DNA of 64,000 nt from Candidatus Krumholzibacteriia bacterium (GTDB lineage: Bacteria; Krumholzibacteriota; Krumholzibacteriia; JAJRXK01). Made by a program: the position numbers and the translations under genes. This document shows positions 39,584 to 48,926 of the stretch, piece after piece; the stretch's first letter is position 1, and every line of letters starts with the position of its first letter. The notes below the pieces were generated by a model. It was not told the origin of the DNA and did not search any database. It worked only from the letters and a program-made list of their open reading frames with translations. The stretch is from assembly GCA_041484665.1 (NCBI GenBank), contig JBGPIA010000001.1, positions 512,001 to 576,000 on the forward strand. Direction: 5' to 3'.

Positions 39584-39678
39584 GGGACCTCCCGGAAAAA
39601 CAGGGGGACGCCGACGTGCCCTGGGCTCCCAGGCGCGGGGGCGCGCGAGATCCAGGCCCCGAGACCTCCGGCCCGCGG

Positions 39679-39707
39679 AGTCTATCACGCTCGCGTTCGT
39701 GAGTCAA
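39679..39707 (-). promoter_or_regulatory. Sigma70-type promoter of the NHL cluster: TTGACT-17-TAGACT with extended -10 TG
   Basis: -35 at 39707-39702, -10 at 39684-39679. Confidence 0.65.
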
Positions 39708-39727
39708 ACTCCTTGACCGTCCTTGCG

Positions 39728-40702
39728 TTACGCCTGCTCCGGCGGGGTCTTGGACGGCTCCGCCGGCGCGGGGGCAGCGGCGATCGGCCGTTTTGGCCGC
39801 AGCAGCGAGGCGGCAACGCCCCCGCCCAGCAGCGTCGCCACGACCGCCAGCGAGGCGCCAATCGGGATGTGGACGAAGTTGCTGGCGAGCATCTTGCCGC
39901 CGATGAACGTCAGCACCAGGGCCAGCGCGACGTTCAGGTAGTGGAAGCGTCCCATCATGCCCGCCAGCAGGAAGAACAGCGACCGCAGCCCCAGGATGGC
40001 GAAGATGTTCGATGTATAGACGATGAATGGATCGCGCGTGATGGCGAAGATCGCTGGGATCGAGTCGACGGCAAAGACGATGTCGGTGGCCTCCAGCGCC
40101 ACCAGCACGCACAAGAGCAGCGTGGCGTGGCGCCGGCCCGAGTCCTGCACCACGAAGCGGGCTCCCTCGTACCGGGGCACGATGGGCACGATCCGCCGGA
40201 ACGCTCGCAGCACCGGATTGCGCTCGGGGTGGACCTCCTCGTCGCTGCCTCGCAGCAGGCGAATTCCCGTGTAGATCAGGAAGCCACCGAAGACGTAGAT
40301 GATCCAGTCGAACGCGCTCAGCAGCGCCGCGCCGGCCCCGATGAAGATGCCGCGCGCCACCACCGCCCCCAGGATGCCCCAGAACAACACGCGGTGCTGG
40401 TACGACTTCGGCACTCCGAAGTAGGCGAAGACAACCAGGAAGACGAAGAGATTGTCGACCGAGAGCGCGTACTCGATGAGGTAACCGGTGAAGAACTCGA
40501 GCGCGCGGTCGCTGCCGGCCTTTGCGTAGAGGATGCTGCCGAAGACCACCGCCAGCGAGATCCATGCGAGAGTCCAGCGCAGCGCCTCGCGGGTGCGGAC
40601 CTCGTGGGCCCGGCGATGGAAGATCCCCAGGTCCAGCGCCAGCGTGATGACGACGAACGCGCTGAAGCCTGCCCAGAGCGCCGGGGTGCCGATGGTGGCC
40701 AC
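39728..40702 (-). CDS. TerC/Alx family membrane protein
   Basis: FFTGYLIEYALSVDNLFVF, QHRVLFWGILGA, ATDIVFAVDSIPA, SNIFAILGLRSL; AGGAGG RBS. Confidence 0.93.
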   Translation of the reverse strand: MATIGTPALWAGFSAFVVITLALDLGIFHRRAHEVRTREALRWTLAWISLAVVFGSILYAKAGSDRALEFFTGYLIEYALSVDNLFVFLVVFAYFGVPKSYQHRVLFWGILGAVVARGIFIGAGAALLSAFDWIIYVFGGFLIYTGIRLLRGSDEEVHPERNPVLRAFRRIVPIVPRYEGARFVVQDSGRRHATLLLCVLVALEATDIVFAVDSIPAIFAITRDPFIVYTSNIFAILGLRSLFFLLAGMMGRFHYLNVALALVLTFIGGKMLASNFVHIPIGASLAVVATLLGGGVAASLLRPKRPIAAAPAPAEPSKTPPEQA

Positions 40703-40963
40703 GGAAGCCGTTCCTCCTGGGAGCGAGGCCGTGCGTGGGGCCGGGTGGCCTTCGCCTTGCGGCAGCGCGCCGTCGCGGCGCGGCGCGGCCCCCGCTCCCG
40801 GCCGCAGCCGAGCTCGGACGGCTGCCCCGATGGAGCCTGACGGCGCGGTATCGCCGCGCCAGGTCGCGCATTCTGGCGCTGTTACGTCCTTCACGCAAGC
40901 GCGGGCCCGCCCCCGACCGGAGCCGCTCGCCGTGCGCGATCGGCCGCGGAGCATGCGGGCCAG

Positions 40964-40992
40964 TTGACAGCCCTCGCGATCGAAGGTAGGTT
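40964..40992 (+). promoter_or_regulatory. Sigma70-type promoter of the kimA-like gene: TTGACA-17-TAGGTT
   Basis: -35 at 40964-40969, -10 at 40987-40992. Confidence 0.65.
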
Positions 40993-41016
40993 GCCGCGGC
41001 TCGCGGAGCCCCCTCC

Positions 41017-42858
41017 ATGACAAACGGTTCTGCGCTCTTCTCCATCAAGCGGCTGCTGCTCGGCAGGCCGATCCCTTCCTACGCCGCCCTGCACGAGCGG
41101 CTCTCCAAGAAGACGGGGCTGGCCGTCCTTTCCTCGGACGCGCTCTCGTCGGTTGCGTACGCCACCGAGGAGATCCTGCGCACGCTGGTGCTCGCGGGCG
41201 CCTCAGCCATCTGGCTGGCGACGCCGATCGGCGCCGTCATCGCGGGCCTGCTGCTGGTGGTTGCCTTCTCGTACCGGCAGACGATCTTCGCCTACCCTAG
41301 CGGCGGTGGCGCGTTCATCGTGGCGAAGGAGAACCTGGGTGCCCCGGCGGGGTTGGTGGCCGCGGCCGCGCTGCTCATCGACTACACGCTGACCGTCGCG
41401 GTGAGCGTCGCGGCCGGGACGGCGGCCGTCACATCGGCGGTGCCGGCACTGCAGGCGTGGCGGCTGCCCCTCACGCTCCTGTTCGTCGCCCTGCTGGCGA
41501 TGGGCAATCTCCGCGGCATCCGCGAGTCGGGCCGCATCTTCGCCGTCCCCACCTACTTCTTCCTCGTATCCCTGATGTTGATGATCGCCCGCGGGGCGTG
41601 GCTAGCGGTGCGAGGCGAGATCCCGCCCCCGGAGGTGAGCGACGCCGCCGTAGCCACGGGCGTGACGACCTTGACTCCGTTCCTGGTGCTGCGCGCGTTC
41701 GCCAACGGCTGCACCGCCATGACCGGCGTCGAGGCGGTCTCCAACGGCGTCCCCGCCTTCGAGCCTCCGGAGTCGCGCAACGCCGCGGCCACGCTGCTGA
41801 TCATGGCCGGGCTGTGCGTGACGCTGTTCCTGGGGATCACGCTCCTGGCGCGCACCTTCGGGATCATCCCCGCTCACGACGAGACGGTAATCTCGCAACT
41901 GGGACGGGCCGTGCTCGGCGGCCGCGGCCTGGCCTACTACCTGGTGCAGGCGGCGACGATGCTGATCCTGGTCCTGGCCGCCAACACTGCCTACAGCGAT
42001 TTCCCGCGCCTTTCCTCGGTGGTGGCGCGGGAGCGCTTCCTGCCGCGCCAGTTCATGAACCAGGGCGACCGGCTGGCGTTCACCAACGGGATCCTGGTGC
42101 TGAGCGGCTTGGCCGCCCTGTTGCTGGCGATCTTCCGGGGAGATACCCACAAGCTGATCCCGCTCTACATGGTGGGGGTCTTCGTCTCCTTCACGCTGTC
42201 TCAGGCGGGAATGGTCGTGCACTGGCGCAAGGAGCGCGGGCGGCAGTGGCGCCTCCATGCGGCGGTCAATGGCGTGGGCGCAGTGCTGACGGCCGTGGTC
42301 ATGGTGGTGGTCGCCGCCACGAAGTTCCACGAGGGCGCGTGGATCGTGGTCGTCCTGATCCCGATCCTTGTGCTGCACTTCCTGGCGATCCGCCGGCACT
42401 ATGCCAAGGTGGCGCAGCAGCTCACGCTGGAGGGGTACGTCCCCCCCCCGCGCCGCCACCACATCGTGATCGTGCCCGTCGGCGATCTGCAGCGGGCGGT
42501 GGTCGAGGCCCTGCGTTACGCCAAGACCCTCAGCACCGACGTGCGCGCCATCTACGTCGACGTGGATCCCTGGGCCACCCTCGACTTTCACAAGAAGTGG
42601 GAGGAGTGGGGGCAGGAGATCCCGTTATTCGTGCTCTCGTCACCGTATCGGTCGCTGATGGAGCCGCTGATGGGCTACATCGATGAAGTCACCGGGGGCA
42701 ACGAGGACACGTTCCTCACCGTGGTCCTCCCGGAGTTCGTCCCGGCGAAATGGTGGCACCACCTGCTGCACAACCAGCGGGCGCTGCTGATCAAGGGCGC
42801 GCTGCTCTTCCGGGCAAATACCGTCGTGACGAGCGTGCCGTTCCACCTGCGCGGCTAG
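41017..42858 (+). CDS. kimA: APC-superfamily K+ transporter, KimA/YdaO type
   Basis: SSDALSSVAYATEEI, YP.GGG, DYTLTVAVS, GVEAVSNGV, SPYRSL, WWHHLLHNQ. Confidence 0.85.
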   Translation: MTNGSALFSIKRLLLGRPIPSYAALHERLSKKTGLAVLSSDALSSVAYATEEILRTLVLAGASAIWLATPIGAVIAGLLLVVAFSYRQTIFAYPSGGGAFIVAKENLGAPAGLVAAAALLIDYTLTVAVSVAAGTAAVTSAVPALQAWRLPLTLLFVALLAMGNLRGIRESGRIFAVPTYFFLVSLMLMIARGAWLAVRGEIPPPEVSDAAVATGVTTLTPFLVLRAFANGCTAMTGVEAVSNGVPAFEPPESRNAAATLLIMAGLCVTLFLGITLLARTFGIIPAHDETVISQLGRAVLGGRGLAYYLVQAATMLILVLAANTAYSDFPRLSSVVARERFLPRQFMNQGDRLAFTNGILVLSGLAALLLAIFRGDTHKLIPLYMVGVFVSFTLSQAGMVVHWRKERGRQWRLHAAVNGVGAVLTAVVMVVVAATKFHEGAWIVVVLIPILVLHFLAIRRHYAKVAQQLTLEGYVPPPRRHHIVIVPVGDLQRAVVEALRYAKTLSTDVRAIYVDVDPWATLDFHKKWEEWGQEIPLFVLSSPYRSLMEPLMGYIDEVTGGNEDTFLTVVLPEFVPAKWWHHLLHNQRALLIKGALLFRANTVVTSVPFHLRG

Positions 42859-42929
42859 CCGACCGCCCCGCAGGCCGGGCGCGCCACGCGCACCATGCGC
42901 ACGCCGCGCTCGCTTGCAAGCCCCCCCCC

Positions 42930-43020
42930 CCACCATCCGTCTCCGCCCTCGGTCTACACCGTTGGTCTGCACCGTCCGTATCCACCATCCATCTCCACCA
43001 TGCGTCTCCACCCTCCCTCT
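42930..43020. repeat. Seven degenerate 13-bp tandem units (consensus CCACCATCCGTCT) preceded by a C11 run, between convergent genes
   Basis: Units at 42930, 42943, 42956, 42969, 42982, 42995 and 43008. Confidence 0.8.
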
Positions 43021-43026
43021 CCATTG

Positions 43027-44193
43027 TCAGTCCAGGCGCTTGCGGAAGCGCAGCGAGGCCAGCGCGAGCGTCGTACCCCCGAAGCATGCCAGTACCACCG
43101 CGTCCACCCAGAGCACGTCGAGCCCGGCACCCTTCAGGAATACCCCGCGGATGATGTGGTTGTAGTAGCGCAACGGGATCACCCTTGTTGCGACCTGCAT
43201 CACGTGGGGCATGTTCTCGATGGGGAAGATCAGTCCCGACAGATAGATCATCGGCACCATGAACAGGAAGATCGAGCTCATCATCGCCTGTTGCTGCGTC
43301 GTCACCACCGTGGATACGAACAGGCCCAGCCCCAGAGTCGTCAGCAGGAACAGCGTGGTGAGGGCGACCAACAGCACGAGCGACCCGCGAAGCGGAACGC
43401 CGAAGACGCCGATGGCCACGGCCGTCACCAGCAGCATCTCGACAATCCCCAGCAGACCGAACGGCAAGAGCTTGCCGACGATCAGCTGCCAGGGGCGCAC
43501 CGGGGTGACCAGCAGCTGCTCGAGGGTGCCGATCTCCTTCTCGCGCACAACGCCCATCGAGGACATGATCATCGTCACCAGCATGAGCACCATGGCCAGC
43601 ACCGCCGGCACGTAGAACCAGCGACTGCGCAGGTCGGGGTTGTACCAAACGCGCGGCACGAGCTGGATCCTGCCAGGGCCCGCCCGGACGGCGGCCGCGG
43701 TCCCGCTCCCGCTTCCTGCGGCGCTCGCCACCAGGCCCTGCAGCTGCTGCAGGAGCAGCCGGCGCCTCTCCTGCGCCACGATGCTCCCGGCGTAGCCCAG
43801 GCCGACCATGGCCGAGTTGGCGTCGCTGCCGTCGGCGATCACCTGCACCTGCGGCGCGCGCCCGGCGATCACGGCCTTGCCGTACCCTGCGCCGATCACC
43901 AGCGCGAGCTGGGCGCGGTTGGTGAGCAGCCAGCCGTCGATGGCGCGTACGCTCTCCTCCTGCCCGACCAGATCGAAATAGCCCGACGACAGGAAGCGGT
44001 CGACCAGCTCGCGGCTCTGGCGCGAACGGTCGTAGTCCACCAGCAAGGTGGGCGTATGGTTGACGTCGGTGTTGGCCGCGTAGCCGAACGCCAGGATCTG
44101 CGCGATGGGACCCACCACCAGCATGGGGATCATGCGCCGGTCGCGACGCAGCTGCAGCAGCTCCTTCACCAGCAGATTCAGCAGGACGTTCAT
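43027..44193 (-). CDS. ABC-2 permease (YbhR-like)
   Basis: KELLQLRRD, RVWYNP, VREKEIGTLEQL, LSGLIFPIENMP. Confidence 0.92.
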   Translation of the reverse strand: MNVLLNLLVKELLQLRRDRRMIPMLVVGPIAQILAFGYAANTDVNHTPTLLVDYDRSRQSRELVDRFLSSGYFDLVGQEESVRAIDGWLLTNRAQLALVIGAGYGKAVIAGRAPQVQVIADGSDANSAMVGLGYAGSIVAQERRRLLLQQLQGLVASAAGSGSGTAAAVRAGPGRIQLVPRVWYNPDLRSRWFYVPAVLAMVLMLVTMIMSSMGVVREKEIGTLEQLLVTPVRPWQLIVGKLLPFGLLGIVEMLLVTAVAIGVFGVPLRGSLVLLVALTTLFLLTTLGLGLFVSTVVTTQQQAMMSSIFLFMVPMIYLSGLIFPIENMPHVMQVATRVIPLRYYNHIIRGVFLKGAGLDVLWVDAVVLACFGGTTLALASLRFRKRLD

Positions 44194-45320
44194 GTCGCAC
44201 TCTCGCGCCGGGCCATCCGCAGATACGCCAGCGTGAACACCACCGCGCCGTAGGCCGCCAGGAACGCCATGCTCTTCCAGTACGGTGCAAGCCCCGATCC
44301 CTTGAGGATGACTCCGCGCAGCGCCACCAGGTAGTAGCGGGCAGGCACCGCGTAGGTGATGGCCTGCAGGACCGTCGGCATGGAGCGTATCGGGAAGATG
44401 AAGCCCGACAGCAGGATCGCGGGCAACAGCGACGTCACGGTCCCGACCTGGTAGGCCATGGCCTGCGTGCGCGCGAAGCTGCTCACCAACAGTCCAAAGC
44501 CCAGCGCGCCCATCAAATAAAGCAACGTTGCCACGAACAGGTCGAGGTAAGGCCCCTTGACCGCCACGCCGAACAGCACGCGCGCCACGATCAGTATGAT
44601 CACCGTCGCGAGCAGCGAGATCGCCAGGTAGGGGAGCGCCTTCCCCAGGATGAGATGGTGCGGCCGCACCGGCGAGACGTGGAGCTGCTCCATCGTGCCC
44701 CGCTCCTTCTCGCGCACCACCGACATGGCCGTGGAGAGCACCGCCGTGAGCATGAGGATGAAGCCGATCAGTCCCGGCACCAGGAAGTGGGTCGAGCGCA
44801 ACTGCGGGTTGTACCAGACGCGGGGCCGGTAGGCGATCGCCGCAGGTAAAGAGCGGCCGGCCAGAAGCGCCCGCGCCTCCAGGCGGGCGCCGTCGACCTG
44901 CGCGACCAAGGCGTCGGCGTAGCCCAAGAGCGTGGTCGCACTGTTGGCGTCGGTTCCGTCGACGATCAGCTGCACCGGCGACGTACTCCGGTCCGACAGG
45001 AGCGCTCCATAGCCCTGCGGGATGACCAGGATCGCCCGGGCTCGCCGCCGCTGCAGCAGCGCGTGTAGATCGGCGTCGGGCGAAAGACTGGCCGCCAGGT
45101 CGAACCAGGGCCCGCTGGTGAACGCCGTCACCAGCTCGCGACTCTGGGCGGTGTGGTCGCGGTCCTGTACGGCGAGCTGGACGTGCTTGACGTCGAAGTT
45201 CAAGGCGTAGCCGTAGAGCAGCAGCATCATCGCGGGCACGCCCAGCAGCATCATCAAGCTGAACGGATCGCGCACCGACTGGCGCAGCTCCTTGAGCGCG
45301 ATGGCCCGGATCTTCCTCAT
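44190..45320 (-). CDS. ABC-2 permease (YbhS-like)
   Basis: KELRQSVRD, RVWYNP, VREKERGTMEQL, LSGFIFPI. Confidence 0.92.
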   Translation of the reverse strand: MRKIRAIALKELRQSVRDPFSLMMLLGVPAMMLLLYGYALNFDVKHVQLAVQDRDHTAQSRELVTAFTSGPWFDLAASLSPDADLHALLQRRRARAILVIPQGYGALLSDRSTSPVQLIVDGTDANSATTLLGYADALVAQVDGARLEARALLAGRSLPAAIAYRPRVWYNPQLRSTHFLVPGLIGFILMLTAVLSTAMSVVREKERGTMEQLHVSPVRPHHLILGKALPYLAISLLATVIILIVARVLFGVAVKGPYLDLFVATLLYLMGALGFGLLVSSFARTQAMAYQVGTVTSLLPAILLSGFIFPIRSMPTVLQAITYAVPARYYLVALRGVILKGSGLAPYWKSMAFLAAYGAVVFTLAYLRMARRESAT

Positions 45321-46435
45321 GGCGCGGGCTGCCCTCCCACGCGGTCGGCGCCCCGCGTCTCGGCGCTCGCGCTGGCGGATGGTCCGCCGCGAGTGCCGGC
45401 CTGCGCCACGCCCGCGCCGGACAGCCGGGCTGCCTCCTGCTCCTCGATCAGGTGCAGGAACACGTCCTCCAGCGCCGGGATGATGACCTGCACGCCGGCG
45501 GGAGCGCTGCCGAGCTGCTGCAGCAGGTCCTGGGCGAGGCGGCTGCCCTCCTGCGCGTCGCCGACCAGCAGGTGGATGCGGTTGCCAAAGACAGTGGCCT
45601 CGATCACCCAGCTCTGCTCTTCCAGGGCGTCGAGGGCAGCCAGCGGATCGGGGCAGCGAACCTCCAGCAGCGCGCGACCCTGGAAGATGCGCCGCAGCTC
45701 GCTGACGCTGCCCAGTGCGATGAGCCGCCCGGCGTGCATGAGCGCGATGCGGTCGCAGTGCTCGGCCTCGTCCAGAGCGTGCGTCGTCACGAAGACCGTG
45801 ACGCCCGTTCCGGCCAGGACATCGATCTGTTCCCAGAAGCGCCGCCGCGAGATAGGATCCACGCCGCTGGTGGGCTCGTCGAGGAACAGTACCTGCGGGC
45901 GATGCAGCACCGCGCAGGCCAGCGCCAGCCGCTGCTTCCAGCCCCCCGGCAGCGCGCCCGCCAGACGGTCCTCCATCCCGGCGAGCTGCCCCATCTCGAT
46001 CGCCCAGGCCGCGCGCTCCCTCCATGGCTGGCCGCGCAGGCCGTAGATCCCGCCGAAGAAGCGCAGGTTCTCGCGCACCGTGAGATCCTCGTAGAGGCTG
46101 AAGCGCTGGCTCATGTAGCCGAGCTGCCACTTCACGCGCTCGGGGTGCGCCGCCACGTCGACGCCCAGTACGTGCGCCGAGCCGCCCGTCGGCGCCAACA
46201 GCCCGCACAGCATGCGGATCACCGTGGACTTGCCAGCGCCGTTGCTGCCCAGGAAGCCGAAGATCTCGCCCGCGCGGACTTCCAGCGTCAGGTCGTCGAC
46301 CGCTGTGAACGTGCCAAACCGCTTGGTGAGTCCCCGGGTCCGCACCGCGACCGCGCCGCCGGGGTTGGCCGCAGGCGCGGCGCGTCCTTCCGGCGACGAC
46401 CCGGGCGCCCGGCCGGGCTCGCGCTGCCCGTTCAC
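45317..46435 (-). CDS. ABC ATP-binding protein (like the C-terminal half of YbhF)
   Basis: GSNGAGKST, LPGGWKQRL, LDEPTSGVDP. Confidence 0.92.
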   Translation of the reverse strand: MNGQREPGRAPGSSPEGRAAPAANPGGAVAVRTRGLTKRFGTFTAVDDLTLEVRAGEIFGFLGSNGAGKSTVIRMLCGLLAPTGGSAHVLGVDVAAHPERVKWQLGYMSQRFSLYEDLTVRENLRFFGGIYGLRGQPWRERAAWAIEMGQLAGMEDRLAGALPGGWKQRLALACAVLHRPQVLFLDEPTSGVDPISRRRFWEQIDVLAGTGVTVFVTTHALDEAEHCDRIALMHAGRLIALGSVSELRRIFQGRALLEVRCPDPLAALDALEEQSWVIEATVFGNRIHLLVGDAQEGSRLAQDLLQQLGSAPAGVQVIIPALEDVFLHLIEEQEAARLSGAGVAQAGTRGGPSASASAETRGADRVGGQPAP

Positions 46436-47847
46436 CGGCCGCCTCCCACGGCGCGCTCCAGTTGCGCCGCGGCCAGTTGCAGGCGCGCGCGGGCCTCGGT
46501 GTAGTCCAGCCCGGCGCGCAGGAGCGCCGTCTCGGCATCGAGCAGCTCTGAGGATGGCATCATCCCCTCGCGGTAGCGATCGGTGGCCACGCGCCGGCTC
46601 TCCTGAGCGCTAGCAAGGGCGCGCGACGCGACCGCAACGGACTGCCGCGCGCTCGCCAGCTCGAGGGCCCGCTCGGTCACGTCGAGGCGGATCCGCTCGT
46701 CGAGATCGCGCAACGCGAAGCGGACCGCCTCGCCCTGCGCCGCGGCGCGCGCGACCGAAGATGAGATCCGCCCGCCGTCGAACACGTTCAGCGAGAGGCT
46801 CACCGCAACGTCCCAGGAGTCCTCCCACTTCGCCTGCTGCGGCAGGATCCTGCGATTCGGGTTGGCGTAGTCGTAGCCGCCCGAAGCCAGCAGCTGGGGC
46901 CAGCGCGCCCCGCGCGTGGCGCGCACCCGCGCCTGTGCCGCCTCCGCCCGCGCCGCAAGCGCGGTGCGCTCAGACCGGCTCGAAAGCGCGGCCACCACCA
47001 ACGAGTCGACGCTCGGCGCCACGGGCACGAGGCGATCCAGTGGCTCGCGCGCGGCCAGTCCCGTTGTGCCCGACACTCCCAGCAGGCGTTGCAGGTTTGC
47101 TTGCGCCACACGCGCGCGCTGCGACGCCTCCAGCCGTGCGAGCTCGGCGCGGTCGCGCACCACTTCCACCGCGAGCACCTCGTTACGCGCGGCCAGGCCG
47201 AGCGTCTCGCGATTGCGGGCGTCGCGGGCGTGCGCTTCGTAGGTGTCCACGGCCGTGGACATCACCCGCTCCGCCTCCCGCGCCGACACCAGCGTCCAAT
47301 AGGCCGTGGCGCTCTCCAGAGCGATGTCGGCGCCGGCCGTGCCAACGTCCGAGCCGGCGGCATCCCAGTCGCCCGCAGCCGCGTCCACCTGCCCAGCGAT
47401 CCGTCCGCCGGTGAACAGCGGCAACCAGAACCCCACGCGCGTGCGGGAATTCTCGGGAATGTTCGGGAAGAGCGTCTGAGTGCCGAGGCCCGGCAGCGTC
47501 ACGGTGAGCTCCGGCACGTCGGACTGGCGCGTGTAGACCGCCGATAGATCCAACTGCGGTAAGCGCTCCGCGCGAGCTCCGCGCAGCGTCGCGGCCGCCG
47601 CCTCCTGCAGCGCCGTGGCGCGCCCCAGCGCCGGCGAAGCTTGCCGGGCGCGGGTCAGCGCCTCCTCCAGCGTGAGCGCGAGGGTGTCGGGCGCGGCGGC
47701 ACTCGGCTGGGCCGGCACCCGCGTCGGCGCTTGCGCCGGCGCCTGCGCCTGCGCCCGTGCTGGCGCGGGGGCCATCGCGCATGCCAGCAGCAGCGCGGCC
47801 GCGGACGCCGCGAATTCCGCCGCAGGCACTGCACGCGCACGCCTCAT
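46432..47847 (-). CDS. TolC-family outer-membrane efflux protein
   Basis: Signal peptide, LTLEEAL, PLFTGG, NVFDGG, RYREG...LLDAE. Confidence 0.9.
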   Translation of the reverse strand: MRRARAVPAAEFAASAAALLLACAMAPAPARAQAQAPAQAPTRVPAQPSAAAPDTLALTLEEALTRARQASPALGRATALQEAAAATLRGARAERLPQLDLSAVYTRQSDVPELTVTLPGLGTQTLFPNIPENSRTRVGFWLPLFTGGRIAGQVDAAAGDWDAAGSDVGTAGADIALESATAYWTLVSAREAERVMSTAVDTYEAHARDARNRETLGLAARNEVLAVEVVRDRAELARLEASQRARVAQANLQRLLGVSGTTGLAAREPLDRLVPVAPSVDSLVVAALSSRSERTALAARAEAAQARVRATRGARWPQLLASGGYDYANPNRRILPQQAKWEDSWDVAVSLSLNVFDGGRISSSVARAAAQGEAVRFALRDLDERIRLDVTERALELASARQSVAVASRALASAQESRRVATDRYREGMMPSSELLDAETALLRAGLDYTEARARLQLAAAQLERAVGGGR

Positions 47848-48926
47848 GGCCGCACCTCCCCATCCGTCCCTTGGCCCTCTGCTGCCGCGCGCACCCGCGA
47901 CAGGAAGATGTCCTCCAGCGTGGGCGTGGTCGGGCGCACCAGCTCGACGGTCAGGCCTGCGGCGCGCAGCGACTGCTCGAGCTCGCGCGCGGTCTGCTCT
48001 GCGGCCGCGGCGCGCGCGGGCGAGAGAGTCACGTGGAAGCGTTCGCCGAAGGTCTGCAGATCCAGCACCGCGGCGTGGCCGCGTAGCACCTGGGCGGCCT
48101 GCCGCTTGGGGCTTGCCATCACCTCAAGCATCGCCCCGCGCCACTGCGCCCGCAGCGCCTCGGGCGTGTCCAGCACCAGGAGGCGGCCCTGGTGCATGAG
48201 CCCGACGCGCTGGCAGCGCTCGGCCTCGTCGAGGTAGGGGGTGGTCATCAGGATGGTGAGCCCCTCGCGCTGCAACGCGACGAGCAGCTTCCAGAAGTCG
48301 CGGCGCGAGACCGGATCCACGCCCGTGGTGGGCTCGTCGAGCACCAGCAAGCGCGGGGTGTGGATCAACGTGCACGCCAGCGCGAGCTTCTGCTTCATCC
48401 CTCCCGAGAGCTGCGCGGCGAGGCGGCGGCGGAACGGGGAGAGGCGCATCCGCTCCAGCAGCTCGTCGCGCCGGGGCTTCCAGCCGCGCACACCGTGGAT
48501 CTCGGCGAAGAACGCCACGTTCTCCTCCACCGAGAGGTCCCCGTACAGCGAGAAGCGTTGCGACAGGTAGCCCACCGCACCGGAGAGGGCCATGCGCTGG
48601 CGCTGCGGGTCGAGGCCGCAGGCGCGCAGCGTGCCGTGCGCGGGCGGCACGAGGCCGAGGATCGAGCGCAACGTCGAGGTCTTCCCAGCCCCGTCGGGAC
48701 CGATCAGACCGAACATCTCGCCCGCGCGCACCTCCAGGTCGAGGCGATCGACCGCGGTCAGCGCGCCGTAGCGCACGGTCAGCTCGCGCACCGTCACGAT
48801 GGCGGCGCCGGGGGCGGCGCCGGCGCGATCCGCGGCGGCGCCGGGCCCGCGGGTGGCCGCGCCCGGTCCGGCCGCGCCGCCAAGAGCCCCGGTCGAGGAT
48901 CGGGCGCGATCCTCGCGCGCGCTCAT
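47844..48926 (-). CDS. ABC ATP-binding protein (like the N-terminal half of YbhF)
   Basis: GPDGAGKTS, LSGGMKQKL, LDEPTTGVDP. Confidence 0.92.
   Translation of the reverse strand: MSAREDRARSSTGALGGAAGPGAATRGPGAAADRAGAAPGAAIVTVRELTVRYGALTAVDRLDLEVRAGEMFGLIGPDGAGKTSTLRSILGLVPPAHGTLRACGLDPQRQRMALSGAVGYLSQRFSLYGDLSVEENVAFFAEIHGVRGWKPRRDELLERMRLSPFRRRLAAQLSGGMKQKLALACTLIHTPRLLVLDEPTTGVDPVSRRDFWKLLVALQREGLTILMTTPYLDEAERCQRVGLMHQGRLLVLDTPEALRAQWRGAMLEVMASPKRQAAQVLRGHAAVLDLQTFGERFHVTLSPARAAAAEQTARELEQSLRAAGLTVELVRPTTPTLEDIFLSRVRAAAEGQGTDGEVRP

Noticed and set aside
40703..41016. yybP-ykoY riboswitch before terC or c-di-AMP riboswitch before kimA
   Set aside because: Consensus elements not recognisable by eye, and the predicted kimA leader is only about 20 nt; an Infernal search would settle it.
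42930..43020. CRISPR or iteron array
   Set aside because: Degenerate 13-bp units with no unique spacers and no rep or cas gene nearby.
45317..48926. Two ATPase genes as a novel duplication or broken gene
   Set aside because: Both are intact and correspond to the two halves of YbhF; a split arrangement is an ordinary variant.
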